DNA of 64,000 nt, taken from an uncultured Elusimicrobia bacterium (lineage in GTDB: Bacteria > Elusimicrobiota > Elusimicrobia > 2-01-FULL-59-12). A program made the position numbers and the translations under genes. Positions within the stretch are counted from its first letter, which is position 1. Each line of letters opens with the position of its first letter. The stretch lies in NCBI GenBank assembly GCA_963702895.1, contig OY969767.1, forward strand, positions 704,001 through 768,000, given 5' to 3'. Under the pieces are notes generated by a model, which was not told the DNA's origin, searched no databases, and saw nothing but the letters and a program-made list of their open reading frames with translations. This document shows positions 1 to 9,666 of the stretch, one piece after another.

Positions 1-1
1 G

Positions 2-901
2 TTTATCCTCGAGCGTCAACGCCGGTCCGGCTGGGGTGCCCGGGTGATCGATCGGCTCGCTCATGACTTGCGTGCCGCCTTTCCCGATATGCATGGATTC
101 TCGCCCCGAAACCTGAAATACATGCGGGCCTTCGCTGCCGCCTGGACGGACCGCTGCCTTGTGCAAGAGACACTTGCACAAATCACCTGGTACCAGAATC
201 TGGCGTTGCTCGAAAAACTGAACGATCGCGACACCCGTCTCTGGTACGCGCGAGCGGCCCGGGTAAACGGTTGGTCCAGAGATCTCCTGGTCCTTCAAAT
301 CGAACGCGAGGCCCATCGCCGCCAGGGTCGGGCGGTGGCCAACTTCAGCCAGACGCTGCCTCCAACGGACTCGGACATGGCCGCGCAAGCTTTCAAAGAT
401 CCTTACCTCTTTGATTTTCTCGGGACCGCCGGAGCGCGGCGCGAGGTCGAAGTCGAACGGGCGCTGATGGATCATGTTCACGATTTCCTGCTGGAACTTG
501 GTGCCGGGTTTGCGTTTGTGGGTCGGCAGGTCCATCTGGAGGTCGGAGACCAGGATTTCTATATCGACCTTCTGTTTTATCACCTTAAACTTCACGCCTA
601 CGTGGTGGTCGAACTGAAGGCCGTTCCCTTCAAGCCGGAATTCCTTGGTCAATTGAATCTCTACCTCTCGGCGGTCGATGATCTGCTTCGTCAGCCCGAG
701 GACAAACCTGCCATCGGGCTTCTTCTGGTCAAAGAGAAGAATCGTCTCCTGGTCGAATACGCACTTCGTGATATCCAAAAACCCATTGGCGTCGCCCACT
801 GGGAAACGCGTCTCGTCAAGGCGCTTCCCGAAGAGCTCAAGGGCATTCTTCCTACGGTCAAGGAACTCGAAGCGGAGCTATCCGGAGAGCCCGAACGCTA
901 A
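2..901 (+). CDS. DUF1016 / YhcG PD-(D/E)XK nuclease-domain protein (5'-truncated by window)
   Basis: Frame open from base 2. Motifs GFSPRNLKYMRAFA, KDPYLFDFL, FLLELGAGFAFVGRQ, IDLLFYH...VVVELK, GQLNLY are typical of DUF1016. Confidence 0.9.
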   Translation, partial: FILERQRRSGWGARVIDRLAHDLRAAFPDMHGFSPRNLKYMRAFAAAWTDRCLVQETLAQITWYQNLALLEKLNDRDTRLWYARAARVNGWSRDLLVLQIEREAHRRQGRAVANFSQTLPPTDSDMAAQAFKDPYLFDFLGTAGARREVEVERALMDHVHDFLLELGAGFAFVGRQVHLEVGDQDFYIDLLFYHLKLHAYVVVELKAVPFKPEFLGQLNLYLSAVDDLLRQPEDKPAIGLLLVKEKNRLLVEYALRDIQKPIGVAHWETRLVKALPEELKGILPTVKELEAELSGEPER

Positions 902-917
902 CAGGCTCCCGGAATAC

Positions 918-1325
918 GGCGGATCTTCGGTACTGTGGGGCGGATCTACAGTACTGTGGGGCGGATCTTTGGTTCCATGAGGCGGATCTTCGGTACCGTG
1001 AAGCGGATCTACAGTACCGTGGGGCAGATCTTCGGTACCGTGAGGCAGATCTTCAAGCTCCATGAGGTGGATCTTCGGTACCGTGAGGCGGATCTTCGGA
1101 ACCGTGAGGCAGATCTCCAAGCTCCATGGGGCGGATCTTCAGCTCCGTGAGGCGGATCTTAGGAACCATGGGGCGGATCTACAGCTCCGTAAAGCAGATC
1201 TTCAAGCTCCATGAGGCGGATCTTTGGTTCCATGAGGCGGATCTTCAGTACCGTGAGGCGGGAATATATCCCTTTGGTCCGCCGTATGGTACCGGGGATC
1301 TGCCGTACGGTACCGGAGATCCGCC
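918..1325. repeat. Degenerate ~21-bp tandem array (~16 units, GGCGGATCTTCGGTACCGTGA) followed by ~2 inverted units
   Basis: Units run 918-1260 with no spacers. 1278-1325 (...TACGGTACCGGAGATCCGCC) is the reverse complement of the unit. Confidence 0.9.
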
Positions 1326-1365
1326 TTCCTAACATTTGGTAAATTTACACAGTCTTCACGTTCCT

Positions 1366-1397
1366 GTAACCTGGCCGTAACATGGCGCTGGTACCCT
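1366..1397 (+). promoter_or_regulatory. Shared promoter motif, copy 1 (GTAAC-N6-GTAAC-N8-GGTACCCT)
   Basis: Same spacing as copies at 18656, 23323, 23759 and 45615; ends in a TAnnnT -10-like hexamer; upstream of the 1464 CDS. Confidence 0.6.
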
Positions 1398-1463
1398 TAG
1401 ACCCAAGGACAGAAGGCCTATGGCATAGGCTGAAAGGATGATGTTGGGATCCATAAACGATCT

Positions 1464-3326
1464 ATGAAGCCCCTCTGCGCTCCGGTGTTGCTTGTCTTGG
1501 TCTTCTCCATGGCCCATGGAGAAGAGATCACGCCCGCCAATATGGAGACGCTCGCCCCAATAGGCCTTGCGCCCAGAAGCGGCAACGTCTCTCCAGGCAC
1601 GGACGCCGTCCTCGAACAGGGCAAAGAGCTCTATGCGCAGGGACAGTACATGGCCGCCTTGGACAAATTTATGAAAGTGCTCCGGCGCGATCCGCGTCAA
1701 CCCGAAGCGCGAGAATATTTGAGGCTGGTGGTCGATGAGATTCGGCATAATCGCGGCAATTCCATGCCTAAAAACACTGTGCCGCAGAACCCGCTACCGC
1801 TGACCGAAACACCAATAAGCCCTTCGGCCCAAGCCGTGGCCCCCGCGTCGCCGCTTCCTCCGAAGCCTGTCCCGGAAGCGCGGGTCGCGCCGCTCACGCA
1901 AGAAAAAGACCTTCAGCAGAAGCGAACCAGGCAACTGCTGACTACGGATTTGTCCGTGATCCCGGGCGTGAAAGTCGTGGCCGACAAAAATAACGCGCAG
2001 GTCGAAATGGAGACCCATTTGCTCTTCGCGGATCAAACGGGAGGACTCCGGGAAGAGGGCGTGCCGCTCCTGGACCGGGTGGCGGCGTGGCTGAAGACCT
2101 TTGGTGAAAAACCCGTCGCGATCCACTGCTACCCCGAGGAAAACGCCGAGGCGGCGCTCGGCGGCTCCCTCTTCCTTCACCGCTATGCCCAACTGTATGG
2201 TTACTTCGTGGAGGAGCGAAAACTTTCCGCTTCGCGCTTCGTCACGACCACTTTCCTTAATGAGGATGACAAAGGCCCCAGGAAGAAAACCCGGGAGTCC
2301 GCGCCCAGCCCTCTTTATGAGGAAGCGCCGAATGACCCTTCCCGGCTCGCGAAGCTCGTTTCATCGTCTCCTTCCCGCGTGGTCATTGTGGTGGTCGGAG
2401 CGGCGGATGATCTCCAGTCCTTCGGTTCGGTCACAGGATCCGCTTCGCGGTGGCTGGAATTTTCCATCATGGCGCCTCGCCTGAGCTTTAATCCGGACGA
2501 AGGGGATTGGGCGACATTGGACCTGGCCGCCTTGACGCCCCAACAGGTGGCGGCTTGGCGATTTACGATTATCAAGGAAGGTGAATCCTCCAAAAAAGCG
2601 GGAGCTTCGAATCCTTACATCTACGCTCTCGAAGGGAAAGGCAATTTGCTTAAACGTGTCAGCTGGGACGGCCGTCGGCAAAAAGAAGGGACCTTTGTCT
2701 CCGCCGGAAAGTACGTTTGCAAGCTCGTTGCGACAAACGCCGATGGCACGGACAAGACGCAGTCTCTGACGCTTGAAGTCCTGCGCGCTCAGGCCGAAGA
2801 AACGGCGGTCAAGCCCGTCGCGAAAAAATCTTCCTCCTCTTCGGCCAAACCGAAGCCCAAAAAGCGCAAGGCGGCCACTCCTGAAGCGTCTGCCGCGCGA
2901 GCGAAGCCGCCGGTGGAGTCCCCGGCGCCTGCCGCCAAGACCCCACCCGCCGCGCAGACCCCACCGGCCGTCGCAGATCAAGCGGACCAGGGGGATGTGC
3001 CCGCGGCGGCCTCTGAAGAGGATTCCTCGGATGCGATATGGAAGCAAGTGATCCAATTTGATTCCGGTGAAAGCGATCTTAAGCCGACCCTGAAGGCTTC
3101 TTTGGAGCGTATCGGGAAGACGCTCGAAGTCTACCCGCTGCAGAAAGTGCGCGTGATGGGCTATGCCACGGGCGTTGAACCCGATGCCCTCGGGCTCGCC
3201 AAGGAGCGCGCGGAGCGTGTGCGACAAACCCTGATCAGCGAATATGGCGTCGACCCCAAACGGGTGTTTGTGGCGGGCGGCAAGGTGGGTTCGGCAAGCA
3301 AAGTGGAAATTTCCATCACCAACTGA
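1464..3326 (+). CDS. Exported TPR + OmpA-like + FlgD-like + C-terminal OmpA-like peptidoglycan-binding protein
   Basis: Signal peptide; TPR (QGKELYAQGQY..A..F); OmpA-like LLF..G..L...LDRVA; FlgD-like SWDGR...GKY; C-terminal IQFDSGES...LAKERAERVR. Confidence 0.75.
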   Translation: MKPLCAPVLLVLVFSMAHGEEITPANMETLAPIGLAPRSGNVSPGTDAVLEQGKELYAQGQYMAALDKFMKVLRRDPRQPEAREYLRLVVDEIRHNRGNSMPKNTVPQNPLPLTETPISPSAQAVAPASPLPPKPVPEARVAPLTQEKDLQQKRTRQLLTTDLSVIPGVKVVADKNNAQVEMETHLLFADQTGGLREEGVPLLDRVAAWLKTFGEKPVAIHCYPEENAEAALGGSLFLHRYAQLYGYFVEERKLSASRFVTTTFLNEDDKGPRKKTRESAPSPLYEEAPNDPSRLAKLVSSSPSRVVIVVVGAADDLQSFGSVTGSASRWLEFSIMAPRLSFNPDEGDWATLDLAALTPQQVAAWRFTIIKEGESSKKAGASNPYIYALEGKGNLLKRVSWDGRRQKEGTFVSAGKYVCKLVATNADGTDKTQSLTLEVLRAQAEETAVKPVAKKSSSSSAKPKPKKRKAATPEASAARAKPPVESPAPAAKTPPAAQTPPAVADQADQGDVPAAASEEDSSDAIWKQVIQFDSGESDLKPTLKASLERIGKTLEVYPLQKVRVMGYATGVEPDALGLAKERAERVRQTLISEYGVDPKRVFVAGGKVGSASKVEISITN

Positions 3327-3327
3327 T

Positions 3328-5489
3328 ATGGCAGAACACAGCGATCGCATGGGAGCACAAGGCGGCGCAGGGCAGATGAGGGGAGAACAGGGCAAACCCG
3401 GGGCGATCCATGGGATCATCTCCCAGGTGAAACCCGTGTTTTCCCGTGTCTTCCCTTCTTCTCCCATGCCTGCCCAGGCGAAGGCCCCCGTTTCTGCCGC
3501 GCCTCGCGGCAAGTTGCTTCACAAGCTCTTGCTCCTTTTTCTTGCGCTCTCCATTGTGCCGATCCTGCTGGCCCGCTTTTTCCTGATTGGGGTGAGCGAT
3601 TATTTCATCCAGAAGGAAAGCCGCGGGGTGAAGCTCGCCATCGCCCAGAAAATCGCGGGCAATGTGGAAGCCTATATGGTCAACATCCAAAACATCCTTC
3701 AGGTGGCCCATAAGTCAGGGGACTTCTTGAGCATGAACCGCCTCAACCAAACGGCGATCATGAGCAACGTCATGAACGCCTATCCGATGTTTATGCGCAT
3801 GGCGGTGCTGGGACTCGATGGTCGTGAAGTGGCGGCGGTCAATCGCATTTCCCGTCAGGAATCTCCCCGCGACAACACGGAGGCGCTCCGTACGGTGCTC
3901 TCGGCCGGCTACTACCAAAGCTTTGTGTCGCGCTCACAGGAAGGCTATCCCCGCATCACGATTGGCGTCCCGATCGAGCGTATCCCTGCCCGGCCGTTGG
4001 GGGTTTTGCTCGGGGTGGTCAATCTCATCGATTTGAGCTCCTTAATCAAGGATCTTGTGGTCGGCAAGAATGGCTATGTTTACATCGTGGACATGAATAA
4101 ACGCCAGCTGATCGCTCATCCGGATATCCAGACGCTGCTCTCTCCGAACCCGCCGCCTGAAGTCTCCGCGGCGCTTCTGACCGAAGAAGGGGATTCAGGG
4201 GCCGTGGAATTCACCGATCAGAAAGGGAACAAATTTCTCAATACCTATGCGACCGTTCAGCACTTGAGGTTCAAGTGGAGAGTGATTGTCCAGCAGCCGA
4301 CCGAAGAGGCCTATATGGCGTCCTCCCAGATGCGTTCCAAAGTCAATGGCCTGCTGGTCGTGGTGGTGGTGATCGTGGCCATCGTCGCTTATGGGATGAG
4401 CCGGGCCGTGGTCGGCCGCGTGCTCAAGCTGCAGGCGGCCATGGAACTGGTCGGAGAGGGAAAATTCGATGTTCCCGCGGTGCCTGCCTCGAATGATGAG
4501 TTCGGGGCTCTTGCGGAAAAGTTTTTGTGGATGGCCCATTCACTCAAAGACAAGACCTATCGGCTCATCAGCGCCCAGTTCGAGCTCAGGCGTTGGAATT
4601 CGGAGCTGGAGAGGCGCGTGCAGGAGCGCACGCGCGCTCTGCAGGAGGCCCAGGAACGGCTGATCGCGCAGGAGAAGCTCGCGGCCCTGGGGCAGATGGC
4701 TTCCGTCGTGGGCCATGAGCTTCGCAATCCCCTGGCCGTCATGAACAATTCGGTTTACTTTTTGAAGACCAAGCTCCTCGCGGCGGCAGGCGAAGCGGGT
4801 CTCGACAATAAGATGGAAAAACATATCCGGATCCTCGAATCTGAAATCGTCAAATCCAACATGATCATCCGGGATATTTTGGATTTCGCGCGCAACCGGG
4901 CGTTGAACACCTCAACACAGAAGGTGGACGAGCTGGTCGAAAAAGCGATCGAGCGCATCCAGCTGCCGCCTCATGTGACCGTGAAGAAAGCCCTCGGACT
5001 GCCCGGGGGCGAGGCGGTGTTGGATGAAGATGAAATCCGCCAGGTCCTGGTCAATCTCATGGAAAACGCTTGCCAGGCCATGCCCTCCGGGGGTACGCTA
5101 TTCGTAGGCACAAAGACCCAGGGAAAGTCGCCTTCCCCCCTTGTGGGGGAAGGTCGGGATGGGGGGATCGGGCGAGTCCAGCGCCCCCCACCTTCGTCCT
5201 CCCCCACAGGGGGGAGGAAAAGGCTGGGATTGAGATCCAGATATCCGATACAGGGTGCGGCATACCCCAAGAACATTTGAATAAGATTTTCGCGCCGTTT
5301 TTTACAACGAAGAGCCGTGGGACCGGACTTGGCCTGGCGGTGGTGATGAAAATCATTGAGCGTCATCATGGTACGATCCAGGTCGAGTCCAAAGTCGGGG
5401 AAGGGACCACGTTTAGAATCTTGCTGCCCTTCGTGCAGCCCGTGGCGGCAAACGGGCCGCCCGCGAAGAACAGCGACGCCGCAGCTTAG
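3328..5489 (+). CDS. Cache-HAMP sensor histidine kinase, split by a 1-nt frameshift inside a palindromic insert (ORFs 3244..5280 and 5070..5489)
   Basis: Two TMs, HAMP (SNDEFGAL), H-box ([21 protein letters not shown]) and N-box ([10 protein letters not shown]) in frame 1. DTGCGI, PFFTTK and GTGLGL continue in frame 3. Confidence 0.85.
3350..3470. repeat. Purine-arm/pyrimidine-arm inverted repeat (GGGGAGAACA-type) in the kinase N-terminus
   Basis: GGGGAGAACAGGG... arm followed by CCCGTGTTTTCCCGTGTCTTCCC arm; same family as 45765-46010. Confidence 0.55.
5131..5218. repeat. REP-like palindrome (CCTTCCCCC...GGGGGAAGG type) inside the HATPase domain
   Basis: Nested hairpins inserted between the N-box and the DxGxG box. 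Confidence 0.8.
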
Positions 5490-5496
5490 CGATACG

Positions 5497-5648
5497 CCCT
5501 CTCCCGGCACACGTCACGGGAGAAGAGGACGGAAATATTCCTTCTCCCGCCGAAGGTGGGAGAAGGCAAGGATGAGGGCACGATTTTGCCCTCACCCGGT
5601 CGCCAGACGTCTGGCGACCGCCCTCTCCCATCTTCGACGGGAGAGGGG
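5497..5648. repeat. Intergenic REP-like hairpin cluster (CCCTCTCCC...GGGAGAGGG)
   Basis: Several hairpins; same family as 5131 and 23439. Confidence 0.75.
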
Positions 5649-5669
5649 ATCGTAGCGAAGGAGAACATC

Positions 5670-6836
5670 ATGTCAGACGCCAACGAACTTTTTGAGCGCA
5701 TCGAAGCCGGGAACCCCAAGGTCCTCCTGGTGGATGATGATGTCAATATCCTGGACACCGCCCGGGATATCCTCGAGGACGTGGGTTACCTGGTTCATAC
5801 GACCTCCAATGGCACCGAGGCCCTCAAGCTCCTTGAGCAGCAGGCCTTTAACATTCTGGTCGTCGATTTCCAGCTGCCGGACCTGACGGGGCTCGAGCTG
5901 GCCCGAAAAGCGCGCGAGCACAACGCCCATACCCTGGTCGTGCTGATGACGGGACACGCCTCTCTGGAAATGGCGGTCAAAGCGATTCAAGAGGCCGTCT
6001 ATGATTATCTCATCAAGCCGGTCGATCCTGCGCAGCTCAAACGCACGCTGGAGCGGGCTTTGGAAAAGCAAAAGCTCGTCCTGGAAAATAAACACCTTCT
6101 GGAGGACCTCCAAAAGGCCAATGAGGCCATGGCGCGTCTGGACAGCCTCAAGTCCCAGATGCTGACCGTGCTCTCGCATGATTTAAGGACCCCCTTGTCC
6201 AGTATCCGCGGCTATTCCGAACTGCTCAAGTCCGGCGTGAAAGGCCGCTTGACCGACGTTCAGAAGAAAATGGTCGAGATCACCATGCAGGAGGCCGACC
6301 ACTTGAATGGCCTGATCAGCGACCTCCTGGATCTGGCCAACGTCGACGCCGGGATCCTGAGCCTCGATCAACGCACCGTGCCTTTCGAAGAGATCATCGA
6401 CAAGGCGAACCTCCGCGTGAAGATGGTTTCGGAGATGAAACAAATCCCGGTGGAAATTATTTTCGGGTCGTCTTTTTCTCCGGTTCAAGTGGACGTGCCC
6501 CGTATGGTCCAAGTGATCGCGAATCTCATCCGGTCTTGCCTGAAATACGCCCCCCGCGGCGGACGGGTCCTGTTGAACGCCATCGAGCGGGACGGCTGCG
6601 TGGAACTGCGCATTTCCCAGGGCGGCCAAGGTTTTTCCCCCGAGAAACTGAAGAGCCTCTTTGCCGTGCTCAAAAAAGACAACACTGAGGTTCCCGGCGG
6701 CCAGGACGGCCTCAAAATCATGCTGGGGCTGGCCCGTGAGATGGTGCTGGCGCACGGCGGCGACATCGGTGTCGAAAGCCGCGGCGAAACAAGCGGCTTT
6801 ACCTTTTGGATCAAGCTGCCTACGGTGAAGGCATGA
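5670..6836 (+). CDS. Hybrid response regulator-histidine kinase (REC-HisKA-degenerate HATPase)
   Basis: AAGGAG RBS before ATG 5670; LLVDDD, VVDFQLP, KP; H-box SHDLRTPL; degenerate N/G boxes. Confidence 0.85.
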   Translation: MSDANELFERIEAGNPKVLLVDDDVNILDTARDILEDVGYLVHTTSNGTEALKLLEQQAFNILVVDFQLPDLTGLELARKAREHNAHTLVVLMTGHASLEMAVKAIQEAVYDYLIKPVDPAQLKRTLERALEKQKLVLENKHLLEDLQKANEAMARLDSLKSQMLTVLSHDLRTPLSSIRGYSELLKSGVKGRLTDVQKKMVEITMQEADHLNGLISDLLDLANVDAGILSLDQRTVPFEEIIDKANLRVKMVSEMKQIPVEIIFGSSFSPVQVDVPRMVQVIANLIRSCLKYAPRGGRVLLNAIERDGCVELRISQGGQGFSPEKLKSLFAVLKKDNTEVPGGQDGLKIMLGLAREMVLAHGGDIGVESRGETSGFTFWIKLPTVKA

Positions 6837-6854
6837 TCATGCGGACCCTATTGC

Positions 6855-6978
6855 CGTCATCCCCCGCGGCTGTTAGCGGGGGATCCATCATGATGGACCC
6901 CGTCCCCCTTACATCTGGGGGACTGTCCCTTCCTATAGCCTCAGAGGAAGGGGACGGCTTACAATCCGCCGGGGTGAC
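6855..6978. repeat. CGTC-type REP-like palindrome (CGTCATCCCCCGCG...GGGGTGACG)
   Basis: Same family at 8686, 10681 and 18818. Confidence 0.8.
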
Positions 6979-7028
6979 GTTGATAATGGGCGAAGCGCAT
7001 GAATGACGCGATAAGGAGCGACTGAGCT

Positions 7029-8669
7029 ATGCTTTGGAAACGAATCAAAATTCTCTATTGGCAAAACCAGTTTTGGTTTATTGTCGTGGTCGTCATCCTG
7101 GTGCTCGGCTTTTTCTCCGTGATTGGACTTCTCTTCATGGACTCCTTCTTTGCCCAGCAGCAGATCGCGATTTTGCCGCTGGAGACGCTCAAGATGATGC
7201 TCTGGGGCCTCACCTCCGCCTACTTCTTTATGCAGATCATGTACAAGGGCGGAGGGGGTCTTTCCTCTCTGCGCGGCTCTAAAAAGATCAAAGGAGAATC
7301 AGTCAAGGTCACCTTTCAAGACGTGATCGGTCTGAGCGAAGCCAAGCGTGATTCCATGGAAGTCGTCTCGCTTATCAAGGACAGGGCCAAAGTGCGGCGG
7401 ATCGGCGGGAAAGTCGTGAAGGGGCTCCTCATGGTGGGCCCTCCGGGGTGCGGCAAGACCTATCTTGCGAAGGCCATCGCGCATGAGGCGGGCGTCCCGT
7501 TCTACTCCATCGCCGGTTCCGAGTTCGTCGAGGTCTTTGTGGGTGTCGGCGCCAGCCGCGTGCGAAAAATGTTTGAAATCGCCAAGAACTCCGCTTTCAT
7601 TCATGGCGCCGCGATCATTTTCATCGACGAACTGGATGTCGTGGGCCAGCAGAGACAGTTCTCCTTCATGGGAGGCCAGGAAACGAACAGCACGCTCAAC
7701 CAGCTCCTCGTATGCATGGACGGTCTGGGCAAGGAAGACGGGGGCAACGTCATCGTCATTGGCGCGACCAACGCCAACATCAATGTTTTAGATCCCGCCC
7801 TGCTCCGTCCCGGGCGTTTCGACCGCCATATTCAGATCACGATGCCCCGGGTGTCGGACCGCAAGGAGCTCTTCGAATACTATTTCAAAAAGGTCAAGAC
7901 CGACCCCGACATCGATGTGGCGAGGCTCTCGCGCAAGACGGTCTGGAAGTCGCCGGCGGACATTGAAAACATCGTCAAGGAAGCGGCCCTCATCGCGATC
8001 CGGAACGGCCGTGAAGTCGTGACCTACAAGGACATCTCCGCCTCGATTGAAAGAGTCGATCTGGGACAGGAAACACACCTCGAACTCACGCCCCAGGAGC
8101 GGGAGCGGGTGGCGTATCATGAGGCCGGGCACCTTTTGGTGCTCTACAATCAGCACCCGACCGATGACGTTTTTAAAGCTTCCATTAAGACGCGAGGCGG
8201 CGCCCTGGGTGTGGTCTATCATCACCCGCGCGAAGAGCTCTACACCAAGACGAAGGACGAGCTCTTCGCCAACGTCAAGACGGCGCTCGCCGGCTATGTC
8301 TCCGAAAAGATCAAATACAACGTGACCTCCACAGGCGTCTCCGGAGACTTCGCCAACGCGATGAGCGTGGCCTCCAGCATGGTCTGGCACTTCGGGATGA
8401 GCTCCAACGGTTTTGTGGGAGACTACAGCCTGCTTCTGGGGAGCGCGACGAAGGGCGAGAGCCGGATTTCTGAAAGCATGAAAGATCACCTGAATAAGGA
8501 AGTCCAGATTATCCTGCACAAGGCGACGGAAGAAACAGAGGCTTTCCTGCGCCAGGAATGGCCGATGCTCGAAGTCTTTGTGAAGGCGCTCCTGGAGAAG
8601 AGCGAATTGGATTATGACGAAATTGAGGCCATTTTTAAAGAGCATGGAAAAGAAAGGATTAAGGTTTAG
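7029..8669 (+). CDS. ftsH: FtsH-like membrane AAA+ zinc metalloprotease (probable paralog)
   Basis: Two TMs, Walker A GPPGCGKT, pore FVGVGASRVR, Walker B IIFIDE, SRH LDPALLRPGRFDR, HEAGH zinc motif. Confidence 0.9.
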   Translation: MLWKRIKILYWQNQFWFIVVVVILVLGFFSVIGLLFMDSFFAQQQIAILPLETLKMMLWGLTSAYFFMQIMYKGGGGLSSLRGSKKIKGESVKVTFQDVIGLSEAKRDSMEVVSLIKDRAKVRRIGGKVVKGLLMVGPPGCGKTYLAKAIAHEAGVPFYSIAGSEFVEVFVGVGASRVRKMFEIAKNSAFIHGAAIIFIDELDVVGQQRQFSFMGGQETNSTLNQLLVCMDGLGKEDGGNVIVIGATNANINVLDPALLRPGRFDRHIQITMPRVSDRKELFEYYFKKVKTDPDIDVARLSRKTVWKSPADIENIVKEAALIAIRNGREVVTYKDISASIERVDLGQETHLELTPQERERVAYHEAGHLLVLYNQHPTDDVFKASIKTRGGALGVVYHHPREELYTKTKDELFANVKTALAGYVSEKIKYNVTSTGVSGDFANAMSVASSMVWHFGMSSNGFVGDYSLLLGSATKGESRISESMKDHLNKEVQIILHKATEETEAFLRQEWPMLEVFVKALLEKSELDYDEIEAIFKEHGKERIKV

Positions 8670-8673
8670 GAGC

Positions 8674-9612
8674 ATGCGTTTATTCCGTCATCCCCCGCGG
8701 GTGTCAGCGGGGGATCCATCAAAAATGAACATGATGGATCCCGTCTCCATCCCTATAGCCTATAGGGATGGACAGTCTCCCGGTTGTAAGGGGGGCGGCT
8801 TACGGATTGCCGGGATGACGTCCATGATCCTCAGTCTTCTCCTCGTGAGCCTGCCAGCATGTCGTTGGAAACTGAGTCCAACCTATCCAGCGTCAAAAAT
8901 CTCGAGTTCGCTCCGGCAGCTCTGTGAACGGGATTACAAGCTTTCGGTTGAGACCCGGCACATCCGCAACTCTTTGCAGGCGCACTTTTGGAATTGGGGG
9001 CTCTTTAACGGAGATGCCCGTGACCTCCAAGCCATGAGCCGGGAGGCCATGCAGGCGCTGGAGCACATCCTCTTATGCTCCACACGCATTGCGCTCAGCA
9101 CCGACGCGAAGCTCGATTTTATTGAAGTGCGGCTCGCGGATGTTTTGACGGGAGCATCGATCACGCTTTGGCGCTATGTCCCGGATATCCACGACTCGAT
9201 GCGGCAGCGCTTTGGGGACACAGAATACATCAACCGCCTTTTGATCAATATTGAGCCTGGGAGGAGTTCTGACCCCATCGAGCCAAGGCAAGGCTCCCTC
9301 GTGAAGAGCGTGGAGTGGAATGAGCCGATGACCCTTTCAGAATTTCTGGCCAAACAAGTCATCATGCGGGCGCGTCGCGAAGCCGGGGATGGCTTTCTTG
9401 CCCATCCCGACCTCACGGAGCCCGCCACCCTCGGGGTTGTGATTGAGGATTGGGCAAGGATTGCGGAAAAAGGTCCGGAGCAAGCCGCTCACGTGACAGA
9501 GCTCCTCCACCAGAATGCCCAAAAGGTGGTCCGAGGTTACCGGTTTGACGGGTTTCGGGAAATCGTTTTACGTGACGGCCGCGGCGCGCCTTTGCGCCGC
9601 TGGTCATTTTAG
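8674..9612 (+). CDS. Putative lipoprotein of unknown function (start uncertain, 8674 or ~8815)
   Basis: Hydrophobic stretch with lipobox-like SLPA-C; a CGTC REP lies in frame upstream of it. Confidence 0.6.
   Translation: MRLFRHPPRVSAGDPSKMNMMDPVSIPIAYRDGQSPGCKGGGLRIAGMTSMILSLLLVSLPACRWKLSPTYPASKISSSLRQLCERDYKLSVETRHIRNSLQAHFWNWGLFNGDARDLQAMSREAMQALEHILLCSTRIALSTDAKLDFIEVRLADVLTGASITLWRYVPDIHDSMRQRFGDTEYINRLLINIEPGRSSDPIEPRQGSLVKSVEWNEPMTLSEFLAKQVIMRARREAGDGFLAHPDLTEPATLGVVIEDWARIAEKGPEQAAHVTELLHQNAQKVVRGYRFDGFREIVLRDGRGAPLRRWSF
8686..8820. repeat. CGTC-type REP-like palindrome
   Basis: CGTCATCCCCCGCGG...GGGGATCCATC...GATGGATCCC...GGGATGACG; near-copy of 6855-6978. Confidence 0.8.
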
Positions 9613-9666
9613 GCGTCACCCCGGCGCAAGCCGGTATGACGAGGGGTGGGGAGAAAGAGGCAGTGT

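Noticed and set aside
918..1260. CRISPR array
   Set aside because: Units are contiguous and degenerate with no unique spacers; no cas genes.
878..1332. Small ORFs 878..1120, 935..1150, 1126..1332
   Set aside because: Translations of the 21-bp repeat.
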